DNA of 64,000 nt, taken from assembly GCF_964213995.1 (NCBI RefSeq), contig NW_027590773.1, positions 62,001 through 126,000 on the forward strand. Direction: 5' to 3'. The notes below the pieces were generated by a model. The model ran no database searches, was not told the origin of the DNA, and was given only the letters and a program-made list of their open reading frames with translations. Origin of the DNA: Mustelus asterias (lineage: Eukaryota). Positions 13,187 to 26,479 of the stretch are shown one piece after another (position 1 is the first letter of the stretch; every line of letters starts with the position of its first letter). Both the position numbers and the translations under genes were made by a program.

Positions 13187-16100
13187 GGACTTGGGGGACA
13201 TTGGATTTTAGACAATGTTTCGGGTTTTAGACTTTTCGGAGTGAAATTCAGGAACACTTTGCCACACCAGGTGTGATATTAGTTTGGAACGACCTTCTAT
13301 AATTCACAGTTGATGCTCAGTCACTTATTAATGTTCAAACCTGAAGTTGATGGATGGTATTTTACACACAGGAGAAGCAATTTAAAATCAATGGGTCAAT
13401 GTTAAAATACTTGCAGGAACTGAGAGACCTGGGGTTTCAGTTCATTTTTACATCTTAAAGATTCAACCTGGGGCTCAGAATCTGTCAGTTGAATCTACTT
13501 TTCCTGTCCCGAAAACGTGTCAACAATTGTGTTGGGGAATGTGACAAAAGGTGACATTCCTGCATCCTGCACAGTGGGGTTGGGAGGTTGTTTGAAAGGA
13601 GATTCAGAAAGTGTCAATTAGATTGTGTCTCTTTGCAGAAGTTGAGTATTTCACAGGAGATGCCTTGAGATAAAGGAAAGTTTTACCAATGTCTGCGTAA
13701 CTTTCAAAGTCTCCAGACGCATGAAGGGGGCAGAGATTTTGTAATATTCAGAGCAGGAGATGGGGGACAATCACAGAATTGAAGATGTGAGGCCATCTCT
13801 TGTTTCTGAATGTCAATCTGTAGCTTTTAAACTTTAGTCCTGGGCGAATCATTCCAAGTTTGCAATCCCACACTTTGCTGTTGTGAATTGTGAGTTGTAA
13901 ATTTTCTGAAATTGATTCTGTAATAAAAATCCCTGCAGGATGCAATGATTCCCATTCTGTCTGCTGCTGCAAAGCCCCAGTTTGTGTCTCAGTTTCACTA
14001 TTTATCAGCCATTTAAGATCCAAGAGCCATAGAATTCCTACACTGCAGAATGAGGCCATTCAGCCCAACAAGCCTGCCCCGACAATAATCCCACCCAGGC
14101 CCGAATCCCCCTGACACTAAGGGGCAATTTAGCAAACGTGCAAACTCCACACAGACAGTCACTCGAGGCGGGGAATCGAACCCAGATCCCTGGCGCTGTG
14201 AGTCAGCAGTGCTAACCACTGTGCCACCGTGTCGCCCGGTGATGAGACAGAACGTTTGCCAAAGTGCACAGAAATAGGCAGCATTGTCAGCATTTTAGCT
14301 GGAAGCTTCAAATGACAAAGGGATCTTAATAGTAGAGTCACAGAATCCCTGCAGTGCAGAAGGAGACCATTCAGCCCATCGAGTCTGTCCTGACTCTCTG
14401 ACACAGTATTTTACCAAAGCCCTTGACCCAGCCCTATCCCCGTAACCCCACACATTTACCTTAATCCACCGAACCAACACAGCTTTGGACAGGAAACGGC
14501 AATTTACTGTGTCCAATCCACAAATTTGGAAAATACTGGGATGGATTGAGAAATGGTTTCCGGGCAGAAAACAGAGCTCAGATACAAATGGGCCCTTTGG
14601 CCCAACTTTTCCCTGCCACCGAGTTTTTACCATTAAGCTCGTATCAAATGCCTTGCGTTTGGCCCAAATCCCTCCATACCAATCTTACCAGAATAACTGT
14701 CTAAATGCTTTTTAAAATATAAAATTGTGTCCGCTTCTACTCCGACCTCTGGCAGCTTGTTCCAATCCCTCACCACCCTATGTGTGAAAAGAATTGCCCT
14801 CTGGACCCTCTCCCCTCTCACCTTAAACCTATGTCTTCTAGTTTTAGACTTCCCTCCCTTTTGGAAAAGATGTTGACGAGCTTATCAAAGAACAAAGAGA
14901 ATTACAGCACAGGAACAGGCCCTTCGGCCCTCCAAGCCTGCACCAACCATGCTGCCCGACTGAACTAAAACCCCCTACCCTTCCGGGGACCATATCCCTC
15001 TATTCCCATCCTATTCATGTATTTGTCCAGACGTTCCGTAAAACTCACTATCGTATCTGCTTCCACTACCTCCCCCGGCAGCGAGTTCCAGGCACCCACC
15101 ACCCTCTGTGTAAAAAAACGTGCCTTGTACATCTCCTTTAAACCTTGCCCCTCACACCTTAAACCTATGCCCCCTAGATTTTGAATCTTCCACCCTGGTA
15201 AAAAGCTTCTGACTATCCACTCTGTCCATGCCCCTCATAATCTTGTAGAATTCTATCAGGTCGCCCCTCAACCTCCGTCGTTCCAGTGAGAACAAACCAA
15301 GTTTCTCCAATCTCTCCTCAGAGCTAATGCCCTCCATCCTAGGAAACATCCTGGTAAATCTTTTCTGAACCCTCTCCAAAGCCTCCACATCTTTCTGGTA
15401 GTGTGTCGATCAGAATTGAACACTATATTCCAAGTGCGGCCTAACTAAGGTTCGATAAAGCTGCTTTATCCATGCCCTCATTATTTTAGAGACCTCTATA
15501 AGAACACCACTAAGCCAACTCAAGGGAAAAAAGTCCCAGAGTATCCAGCCTCTCGTTATAACTCAAACCATCAGGACCCCATAGCATCCCAGTCATTCTT
15601 TTCTGCACACTTTCGAACTTAATAATCTCCTTTCTATAAGGGTGACCAGAACAATACACAGCATTCCAAGTGTGGTCTTACCAATGTCTTGTACAACTCC
15701 AACAAGACGTCCCAACTCCTGTGTTCAATGTTTTGACCAATGAAACCAAGCATGTGGAATGCCTTCTTCACCACTCTATCCACCTGTGACTCCACTTTCA
15801 AGGAGCTATCAATCTGTACCCCGAGATCCCTTTGTTCTGTAACTCTCACCAACACCCTACCATTAACTGAGTAAGTCCTGTGTTTGTTCAATCTACCAAA
15901 ATGCATCACCTTGCATTTATCTAAATTAAACTCCATCTGCCATTCAACAGCCCACTGGCCCAATTGATCAAGACCCCATTGCAACCCTAGATAACCTTCT
16001 TCACTGTCCACTATGCCACAAATCTTGGTGTCAACTGCAAACTTACAAACCATGCCTCCTAAATTCTCATCCAAATCATTAATATAAATGACAAATAACA

Positions 16101-16300
16101 GTGGACCCAGCACCGATCCCTGAGGCACCCCGTTGGTCACAGGCCTCCAGTTTGACCAAAAAAACAACCCTCTGCAACCACCCTCTGTCTTCTGTCATCA
16201 AGCCTATTTTATATCCATTTGGCTACCTCACCCTGGATCCCGTGAGATTTAACCAAATCCTGTCTGCTTTTGTTTTTAAATTTGTACATTTTTAAACACA
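13187..16300 (+). repeat. Segmental duplication block, copy 2 (contains V-SINE 14030-14235 and CR1 fragments 14560-16255, both on minus)
   Basis: Colinear with 2551-5665, offset about 10.6 kb; CR1 ORF 15634-16167 contains GVPQGSVLGP and KFAVDTK. Confidence 0.95.
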
Positions 16301-16305
16301 GAAAC

Positions 16306-19300
16306 AGTTCTGTATCGAACTCTGTGCTGTACCCGTACCTTTCCTGGGAGTGTTTGATGGGAACAGTGTCGAGGGAGCTTTACTTTGCATCTAATCCCGT
16401 GATTCAGTTACTGATAGACTGTAGAGGACGATCAGGTCACACACACGCTCTCCTTACACACTCTCAGACACACACACACACACATGCTCTCTCTGTCTCT
16501 CACACACACATACACTATCTCTTACGCACTCTCTCACTCACACACATGCTCTTTCTCTCTCTCACACACACTTTCTCTCTCACACATTCTCTCACACACA
16601 CTTTCACGCTCACACACTCTCACCCATGCATTCTCTCCAACTGACACACTCTCACACACATGCACTCAGTCTCTCACACACATACACTCACTCTCTCACA
16701 CACATACACTCACTCTCTCACACACATACACTCNNNNNNNNNNNNNNNNNNNNNNNNNNNNNNNNNNNNNNNNNNNNNNNNNNNNNNNNNNNNNNNNNNN
16801 NNNNNNNNNNNNNNNNNNNNNNNNNNNNNNNNNNNNNNNNNNNNNNNNNNNNNNNNNNNNNNNNNNNNNNNNNNNNNNNNNNNNNNNNNNNNNNNNNNNN
16901 NNNNNNNNNNNNNNNNNNNNNNNNNNNNNNNNNNNNNNNNNNNNNNNNNAAACATATACTTGTGCTGGGCGAGTTTGATGGGGACAGTGTAGAGGGAGAT
17001 TTACTCTGTATCTAACCCCATGCTGTACCTGTCCTGGGACTGTTTGATGGGGACAGTGTCGAGGGAGCTTTACTCTGTATCTAACCACTTGCTGTATCTG
17101 TCCTGGGAGTGTTTGATGGGGGACAGTGTAGAGGGAGCTTTACTCTGTATCTCACCCGGTGCTGTACCTGTCCTGGGAGTGTTTGATGGGGGGACAGTGT
17201 AGAGGGAGATTTACTCTGTATCTCACCCGGTGCTGTATCTGTTCCGGGAGTGTTTGATGGGGACAGTGTGGAGGGAGATTTACTCTGTATCTAACCCCAT
17301 GCTGTACCTGTCCTGGGACTGTTTGATGGGGACAGTGTCGAGGGAGCTTTACTCTGTATCTAACCCCCTGCTGTATCTGGTCTTGGAGTGTTTGATGGGG
17401 ATAGTGCAGAGGGAGCTTTACTCTGTATCTCACCCATGCTGTCCCTGTCCTGGGAGTGTTTGATGGGGACAGTATCGAGGGAGCTTTACTCTGTACCTAA
17501 ACCCGTGCTGTATCTGTCCTTGCTTTCTTTGATGGGGACAGTGGAGAGGGAGCTTTACTCTGTATCTAACCCCGTGCTGTATCTGTTCTGGGACTGTTTG
17601 ATGGGGACAGTGTACAGTGAGCTTTAATCTGTACCTAACCCCGTGCTGTACCTGTCCTGGGAGTGTTTGATGGGGCCAGTGGAGAGGGAGCTTTACTCTG
17701 TATCTAACCCCGTGCTGTATCTGTCCTTGGTGTGTTGGATGGGGACAGTGTAGAGGCATCTTTACTCTGTATCGAACTCTGTGCTGTGTCTTTCCTGGGA
17801 GTGTTTGATGGGAACAGTGTAGAGAGAGCTTTACTCTGTATCGAACTCTGTGCTGTACCTGTACCTTTCCTGGGAGTGTTTGATGGGAACAGTGTCGAGG
17901 GAGCTTTACTTTGCATCTAATTCCGTGTTTCAGTCACTGATAGACTGTAGAGGAAGATCAGGTCACACACACGCTCTCCTTACACACTCTCAGACACACA
18001 CACACACATGCTCTCTCTATCTCTCACACACACATACACTATCTCTTACGCACTCTCTCACTCACACACATGNNNNNNNNNNNNNNNNNNNNNNNNNNNN
18101 NNNNNNNNNNNNNNNNNNNNNNNNNNNNNNNNNNNNNNNNNNNNNNNNNNNNNNNNNNNNNNNNNNNNNNNNNNNNNNNNNNNNNNNNNNNNNNNNNNNN
18201 NNNNNNNNNNNNNNNNNNNNNNNNNNNNNNNNNNNNNNNNNNNNNNNNNNNNNNNTCTCACACACTCTCTGTCTCTCACACACTCTCTGTCTCTCACACA
18301 CTCTCTGTCTCTCACACACTCTCTGTCTCTCACACACTCTCTGTCTCTCACACACTCTCTGTCTCTCACACACTCTCTGTCTCTCACACACTCTCTGTCT
18401 CTCACACACTCTCTGTCTCTCACACACTCTCTGTCTCTCACACACTCTCTGTCTCGCTCACACACACTCTCTGTCTCGCTCACACACACTCTCTGTCTCG
18501 CTCACACACACTCTCTGTCTCGCTCACACACACTCTCTGTCTCTCACACACACTCTCTGTCTCTCACACACACTCTCTGTCTCACACACAATCTCTGTCT
18601 CGCTCACACACACTCTCTGTCTCGCTCACACACACTGTCTCTCACACACACTCTCTGTCTCGCTCACACACACTCTCTGTCTCGCTCACACACACTCTCT
18701 GTCTCGCTCACACACACTCTCTGTCTCGCACACACACTCTCTGTCTCTCACACACACTCTCTGTCTCGCTCACACACACTGTCTCTCACACACACTCTCT
18801 GTCTCGCTCACACACTCTCTGTCTCTCACACACTCTCTCTGTCCCTCTCACACACACTCTCTGTCTCTCTCACACACACTCTCTGTCTCTCTCACACACA
18901 CTCTCTGTCTCTCTCACACACACTCTCTGTCTCTCTCACACACACTCTCTGTCTCTCACACACACTCTCTGTCTCCCTCACACACTCTCTGTCTCTCTCA
19001 CACACTCTCTGTCTCTCTCACACACACTCTGTCTCGCTCACACACACTCTGTCTCGCTCACACACACTCTGTCTCGCTCACACACACTCTGTCTCGCTCA
19101 CACACACTCTGTCTCGCTCACACACACTCTGTCTCGCTCACACACACTCTGTCTCGCTCACACACACTCTGTCTCGTTCACACACACTCTCTGTCTCGCT
19201 CACACACACACTCTGTCTCGCTCACACACACTCTCTGTCTCTTTCACACACACTCTCTGTCTCACTCACGCACACTCTGTGTTGTATCTATCCTGTGAGT

Positions 19301-19590
19301 GTTTGATTGGGACAGTGTAGAGGGAGCTTTATTCTGTATCTAACCCCATGCTGTACCTGTCCTGGGAGTGTTTGATGGGGACAGTGCGGAGGGAGCTTTA
19401 CTCTGTATGTAACCCTGTGCTGTATCTCTCCTGGAAGTGTTTTATGGAGACAGTGTAGAGGGAGCTTTACTCTGTATCGAACCTCGTGCTGTACCTGTCC
19501 TGCGAGTGTTTGATGGAGACAGTGTAGAGGGACCTTTACTCTGTACCTAACCCTGTGCTGTACCTGTCCTGGGAGTGTTTGATGGGGACA
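16306..19590 (+). repeat. 69-bp minisatellite blocks and ~18-22-bp ctctctgtctc(gc)tcacacaca tandem repeat
   Basis: Satellite at 16306-16400, 16950-17925 and 19280-19590; compound microsatellite 18256-19280 explains the long SHTLCL pseudo-ORFs. Confidence 0.95.
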
Positions 19591-19700
19591 GGACTTGGTG
19601 GACATTGGATTTTTGACAATGTTTCGGGTTTTAGACTTTTCGGAGTGAAATTCAGGAACACTTTGCCACACCAGGTGTGATATTAGTTTGGAACGACCTT

Positions 19701-21910
19701 CCAGAAAGATTGGAGAATTTGGAGAGGATTCAGAAAAGATTTACCAGGATGTTTCCTAGGATGGAGGGCATTAGCTCTGAGGAGAGATTGGAGAAACTTG
19801 GTTTGTTCTCACTGGAACGACGGAGGTTGAGGGGCGACCTGATAGAATTCTACAAGATTATGAGGGGCATGGACAGAGTGGATAGTCAGAAGCCTTTTAC
19901 CAGGGTGGAAGATTCAAAATCTAGGGGGCATAGGTTTAAGGTGTGAGGGGCAAGGTTTAAAGGAGATGTACAAGGCAAGTTTTTTTACACAGAGGGTGGT
20001 GGGTGCCTGGAACTCGCTGCCGGGGGAGGTAGTGGAAGCAGATACGATAGTGAGTTTTACGGAACGTCTGGACAAATACATGAATAGGATGGGAATAGAG
20101 GGATATGGTCCCCGGAAGGGTAGGGGGTTTTAGTTCAGTCGGGCAGCATGGTTGGTGCAGGCTTGGAGGGCCGAAGGGCCTGTTCCTGTGCTGTAATTCT
20201 CTTTGTTCTTTGATAAGCTCGTCAACATCTTTTCCAAAAGGGAGGGGAGTCTAAAACTAGAAGACATAGGTTTAAGGTGAGAGGGGAGAGGGTCCAGAGG
20301 GCAATTCTTTTCACACATAGGGTGGTGAGGGATTGGAACAAGCTGCCAGAGGTCGGAGTAGAAGCGGACACAATTTTATATTTTAAAAAGCATTTAGACA
20401 GTTATTCTGGTAAGATTGGTATGGAGGGATTTGGGCCAAAAGCAAGGCATTTGATACGAGCTTAATGGTAAAAACTGGGTGGCAGGGAAAAGTTGGGCCA
20501 AAGGGCCCATTTGTATCTGAGCTCTGTTTTCTGCCCGGAAACCATTTCTCAATCCATCCCAGTATTTTCCAAATTTGTGGATTGGACACAGTAAATTGCT
20601 GATTCCTGTCCAAAGCTGTGTTGGTTCGGTGGATTAAGGTAAATGTGTGGGGTTACGGGGATAGGGCTGGGTCAAGGGCCTTGGTAAGATACTGTGTCAG
20701 AGAGTCAGTACAGACTCGATGGGCTGAATGGTCTCCTTCTGCACTGCAGGGATTCTGTGACTCTACTATTAAGATCCCTTTGTCATTTGAAGCTTCCAGC
20801 TAAAATGCTGACAATGCTGCCTATTTCTGTGCACTTTGGCAAACGTTCTGTCTCATCACCGGGTGACACGGTGGCACAGTGGTTAGCACTGCTGACTCAC
20901 AGCGCCAGGGATCTGGGTTCGATTCCCCGCCTCGAGTGACTGTCTGTGTGGAGTTTGCACTTTGCTAAATTGCCCCTTAGTGTCAGGGGGATTCGGGCCT
21001 GGGTGGGATTATTTTTGGGGCAGGCTTGTTGGGCTGAATGGCCTCATTCTGCAGTGTAGGAATTCTATGGCTCTTGGATCTTAAATGGTTGATAAAGAGT
21101 GAAACTGAGACACAAACTGGGGCTTTGCAGCAGCAGACAGAATGGGAATCATTGCATCCTGCAGGGATTTTTATTACAGAATCAATTTCAGAAAATTTAC
21201 AACTCAAAATTAACAACAGCAAAGTGTGGGATTGCAAACTTGGAATGATTAGCCTAAGACTAAAGTTTAAAAGCTACAGATTGACATTCAAAAACAAGAG
21301 ATGGCCTCACATCTTCAATTCTGTGATTGTCCCCCATCTCCTGCTCTGAATATTACAAAATCCCTGCCCCCTTCATGCGTCTGGAGACTTTGAAAGTTAC
21401 GCAGACATTGGTAAAACTTTCCTTTATCTCAAGGCATCTCCTGTGAAATACTCAACTTCTGCAAAGAGACACAATCTAATTGACACTTTCTGAATCTCCT
21501 TTCAAACAACCTCCAAACCCAATGTGCAGGATGCAGGAATGTCACCTTTTGTCACATTCCCCAACACAATTGTTGACACGTTTTCGGGACAGGAAAAGTA
21601 GATTCAACTGACAGATTCTGAGCCCCAGGTTGAATCTTTAAGATGTAAAAATGAACTGAAACCCCTGGTCTCTCTGTTCCTGCAAGTATTTTAACATAGA
21701 CCCATTGATTTTAAATTGCTTCTCCTGTGTGTAAAATACCATCTATCAACTTCAGGTTTGAACATTAATAAGCGACTGAGCATCAACTGTGAATTATAGA
21801 AGGTCGTTCCAAACTAATATCACACCTGGTGTGGAAAGTGTTCCTGAATTTCACTCCGAAAAGTCTAAAACCCTAAACATTGTCTAAAATCCAATGTCCC
21901 CCAAGTCCTG
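19701..21910 (-). repeat. Inverted partial copy 3 of the duplication block (CR1 3' end and V-SINE now on +)
   Basis: Reverse complement of about 13187-15395; ORF track shows the same peptides on the opposite strand. Confidence 0.93.
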
Positions 21911-24660
21911 TCCCCATCAAACACTCCCAGGACAGGTACAGCACGGGGTTAGGTACAGAGTATAGCTCCCTCGACACTGTCCCCATTAAACACTCCCAGG
22001 GCAAATACAGCACGGGGTTCAATACAGAGTAAAGGTCCCTCGACACTGTCTCCATCAAACACTCCCAGGACAGATACAGCAAGTGGTTAGATATAGAGTA
22101 AAGCTCCCTCGACACTGTCTCCATCAAACAGTCCCAGGACAGGTACAGCATGGGGTTAGATACAGAGTAAATCTCCCTCCACACTGTCCCCATCAAACAC
22201 TCCCGGAACAGATACAGCACGGGGTTAGATACAGAGTAAAGCTCCCTCTCCACTGTCCCCATCAAACTCGCCCAGCACAGGTACAGCACGAGATTAGATA
22301 CAGAGTAAAGCTCCCTCGACACTGTCCCCATCAAACACTTCCAGGACATATACAGCACAGGGTTAGATACAGATAAAGTTCCCTCTACACTATCCCCATC
22401 AAACACTCCCGGAACAGATACAGCACGGGGTTAGGTACAGAGTATAGCTCCCTCGACACTGTCCCCATTAAACACTCCCAGGACAAATACAGCACGGGAT
22501 TCAATACAGAGTAAAGCTCCCTCTACACTGTCCCCTTCAAACACACCCAGGACAGGTACAGCATGGAGATAGATACAGAATAAAGCTCCCTCTACACTGT
22601 CCCAATCAAACACTCACAGGATAGATACAACACAGAGTGTGTGTGAGCGAGACAGAGAGTGTGTGTGAGCGAGACAGAGAGTGTGTGTGAGCGAGACAGA
22701 GAGTGTGTGTGAGCGAGACAGAGAGTGTGTGTGAGCGAGACAGAGAGTGTGTGTGAGCGAGACAGAGAGTGTGTGTGAGCGAGACAGAGAGTGTGTGTGA
22801 GCGAGACAGAGAGTGTGTGTGAGCGAGACAGAGAGTGTGTGTGAGCGAGACAGAGAGTGTGTGTGAGCGAGACAGAAAGTGTGTGTGAGCGAGACAGAAA
22901 GTGTGTGTGAGCGAGACAGAGAGTGTGTGTGAGCGAGACAGAGAGTGTGTGTGAGCGAGACAGAGAGTGTGTGTGAGCGAGACAGAGAGTGTGTGTGAGC
23001 GAGACAGAGAGTGTGTGTGAGCGAGACAGAGAGTGTGTGAGCGAGAGAGAGTGTGTGTGAGAGACAGAGAGTGTGTGTGAGCGAGACAGAGAGTGTGTGT
23101 GAGAGACAGAGAGTGTGTGTGAGAGAGACAGAGAGTGTGTGTGAGCGAGACAGAGTGTGTGTGAGCGAGACAGAGAGAGTGTGTGAGCGAGACAGAGAGT
23201 GTGTGTGAGCGAGACAGAGAGTGTGTGTGGGAGACAGAGAGTGTGTGTGAGCGAGACAGAGAGTGTGTGTGAGCGAGACAGTGAGTGTGTGTGAGCGAGA
23301 CAGAGAGTGTGTGTGTGAGAGACAGAGAGTGTGTGTGTGAGAGACAGAGAGTGTGTGTGTGAGAGACAGAGAGTGTGTGTGAGAGACAGAGAGTGTGTGT
23401 GAGAGGGACAGAGAGTGTGTGTGAGAGACAGAGAGTGTGTGTGAGCGAGACAGAGAGTGTGTGTGGGAGACAGAGAGTGTGTGTGAGAGACAGAGAGTGT
23501 GTGTGAGAGAGACAGAGAGTGTGTGTGAGAGACAGAGAGTGTGTGTGAGAGACAGAGAGTGTGCGTGAGAGACAGAGAGTGTGTGTGAGAGACAGAGAGT
23601 GTGTGAGAGAGACAGAGAGTGTGTGTGAGAGACAGAGAGTGTGTGTGAGCGAGACAGTGAGTGTGTGTGAGCGAGACAGAGAGTGTGTGTGTGAGAGACA
23701 GAGAGTGTGTGTGTGAGAGACACAGAGTGTGTGTGTGAGAGATAGAGAGTGTGTGAGCGAGACAGAGAGTGTGTGTGAGCGAGACAGAGAGTGTGTGTGA
23801 GCGAGACAGAGAGTGTGTGTGTGAGAGACAGAGAGTGTGTGTGAGCGAGACAGAGAGTGTGTGTGAGCGAGACAGAGAGTGTGTGTGAGCGAGACAGAGA
23901 GTGTGTGTGAGCGAGACAGAGAGTGTGTGTGAGCGAGACAGAGAGTGTGTGTGAGCGAGACAGAGAGTGTGTGTGAGCGAGACAGAGAGTGTGTGTGAGC
24001 GAGACAGAGAGTGTGTGTGTGAGAGACAGAGAGTGTGTGTGAGAGACAGAGAGTGTGTGTGAGAGGGACAGAGAGTGTGTGTGAGAGACAGAGAGTGTGT
24101 GTGAGCGAGACAGAGAGTGTGTGTGGGAGACAGAGAGTGTGTGTGAGACAGAGAGTGTGTGTGAGAGAGACAGAGAGTGTGTGTGAGAGACAGAGAGTGT
24201 GTGTGAGAGACAGAGAGTGTGCGTGAGAGACAGAGAGTGTGTGTGAGAGACAGAGAGTGTGTGAGAGAGACAGAGAGTGTGTGTGAGAGACAGAGAGTGT
24301 GTGTGAGAGAGACAGAGTGTGTGAGAGAGAGACAGAGTGTGTGAGAGACAGAGAGTGTGTGTGAGAGACAGAGAGTGTGTGTGAGCGAGACAGAGAGTGT
24401 GAGCGAGCGAGACAGAGAGTGTGTGTGAGCGAGACAGAGTGTNNNNNNNNNNNNNNNNNNNNNNNNNNNNNNNNNNNNNNNNNNNNNNNNNNNNNNNNNN
24501 NNNNNNNNNNNNNNNNNNNNNNNNNNNNNNNNNNNNNNNNNNNNNNNNNNNNNNNNNNNNNNNNNNNNNNNNNNNNNNGAGAGACAGAGAGTGTGTGTGA
24601 GAGACAGAGAGTGTGTGAGAGACAGAGAGTGTGTGTGAGAGACAGAGAGTGTGTGAGTGC
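21911..24660 (-). repeat. Inverted 69-bp minisatellite array (21911-22630) and (gagacagagagtgtgtgtga)n-type array
   Basis: Reverse complement of the 18256-19590 arrangement, including the junction gttgtatctatcctgtgagtgtttgattggg. Confidence 0.93.
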
Positions 24661-24875
24661 GTGCGAGTGAGTGAATGTGTGTGTGAGAGTGTGTGAGGGA
24701 GTATTCATGTGTGTGTTGATGTGAGTGTGTTAAAGTGAGTGTTTATGAGAGTGAGTGTGTGTGTGAGCAAATGTGCAAGAGGGAGTGTGTAAAAGTGAGT
24801 ATGTGTGTAATGTGTGTGAGACTGAGTAAGTGTACAACAGTGAGTGAGTGCTGGCGGGAGAGTGCAGGAGTGTTA

Positions 24876-25170
24876 AGTTTCAGTTTATTTACGAGTGTCA
24901 CAAGTAGGTTTACATTAACACTGCAATGAAGTTACTGTGAGAATCCCCGAGTCACCACACTCTGGCACCTGTTCGGGTGACACTGAGGGAGAATTTAGCA
25001 CGGCCAATGCACCCTAACCAGCACGTCTTTCAGACTGTGGGAGGAAACCGGAGCACCCGGAGGAAACCCACGCAGACATGGGGAGAACGTGCAGACTCCG
25101 CACAGACAGTGACCCAAGCCGGGAATCAAACCCGGGTCCCTGGCGCTGTGAGGCAGCAGTGCTAACCACC
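24876..25170 (-). mobile_element. tRNA-derived V-SINE with alternative 3' tail (taacttcattgcagtgttaatgtaa...)
   Basis: V-domain core ctgcgtgggtttcctccgggtgctccggtttcctcccacagtc and A/B boxes on minus. The tail also occurs alone at 31320-31615 (x3), 35945-36050 and 58615-58665. Confidence 0.85.
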
Positions 25171-26479
25171 GGTGATCAGGGGGAGAGTTAACAGAAAGCA
25201 GCTGGTGAGAATATACTGGCCGGTTTTAATTTAATCCAAATTAATGAATTAGAAACTTTTAACCTAAGGAATTGACATCCGAGGATTTCAGTTTAAAATC
25301 CCATTGAACCTCCGTGTCTCATAATGGGATGTTTTTGCCTGTATTTAGTAATTAGTGACTTCATATCTCACAGCGAGATAAATAAAACTTTTTTCCAATT
25401 GATAGGGACAGCTCAATGGACAAAACTGGTGTGAGAAAGGGGCAAATCCTTTGAAAATGGAGGCAGAGAGGAGGCTTTGTTCAACTCCCATTCTTTCCCT
25501 GTCTTCAGCAGGCTGGGCAGGAAGTGTGAGCAGAGAGGGGGGGATAGACAGACACACACTGACACAATCCCCCCAATCCACTCACTCACACATCCCCATT
25601 CCCCCTCCACTCGCTGGGTTGTGGGGAGGGGCTGCAAGGATTTTCAGGGCTGCTGTGGGGGGGTCAGGGGGTTTTTGAAATGGACGAACACGACCTACAG
25701 GGGAAAAGAAATAAAGTTTGAAACTAAACTAAAGAAACTAAAGGCAGGAGATTGCAGAATCCATTGCCTCCCTGCATTAACATATCAATAGTCAGTCTGA
25801 CATTGCCACAAACTCCTCTGGGGTGAGAGGGGAAGGGGGGGTGAATTAGCATCTCAATAGAGAGACAGACATTGCAGACATGTCAGAGACTCAGGGTGGG
25901 GTTTGCATCCAGCACACTCAGGATAAATGTGAATCTGAGAGCCTTCAGTCTCCACACCAATAATCCCCCTGCACTGAAAACATTCCCACTCTGATTCAGT
26001 GTGTGTGTGTGTGTCTCAATCTGCGTTTTTACCTGTGCTTTGCTTGTGTGGACATGATGCTGAATGGACTTGAATGGAAATGCTGGACTCCTCGCTGTGA
26101 TATGTTGTGTGTCTTATTGTTAAAATGGCCTTGTCTCTTTTTCTCTCTCTTTTTAACCAATTTTTATCTCTTTTTCTCCTGAGGAATTTTGAAAACTGGG
26201 GATGTGTCGAGGATCCAAAGGACGGGAATGTTTGTGACCAGGATGAGGGAGAGGAGCTTCTTCCAGAGGGAGGGCTGACTGAGGCCTGTTGCTCAGGCTT
26301 CATCCCGAGTGAGTTGTGTCTGTTTATTAACCTGATCCAGATTTAATGTTTCATATCAGAGGGAGCGAGATCTGAATGAGAGTGGAATAGAGAGAGAGAG
26401 AGAGAAACACACAGGGAGGGAACTGTCTCAATCTCTTTAGTCTCTGCTTTACAACTGACTTGTTGTGTTTGGGTGTTAC

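Noticed and set aside
932-24708. Long His/Ser/Thr/Leu-rich ORFs and 23-aa periodic ORFs
   Set aside because: Translations of (CA/CT)n tracts, N gaps and the 69-bp satellite; open on both strands; not proteins.
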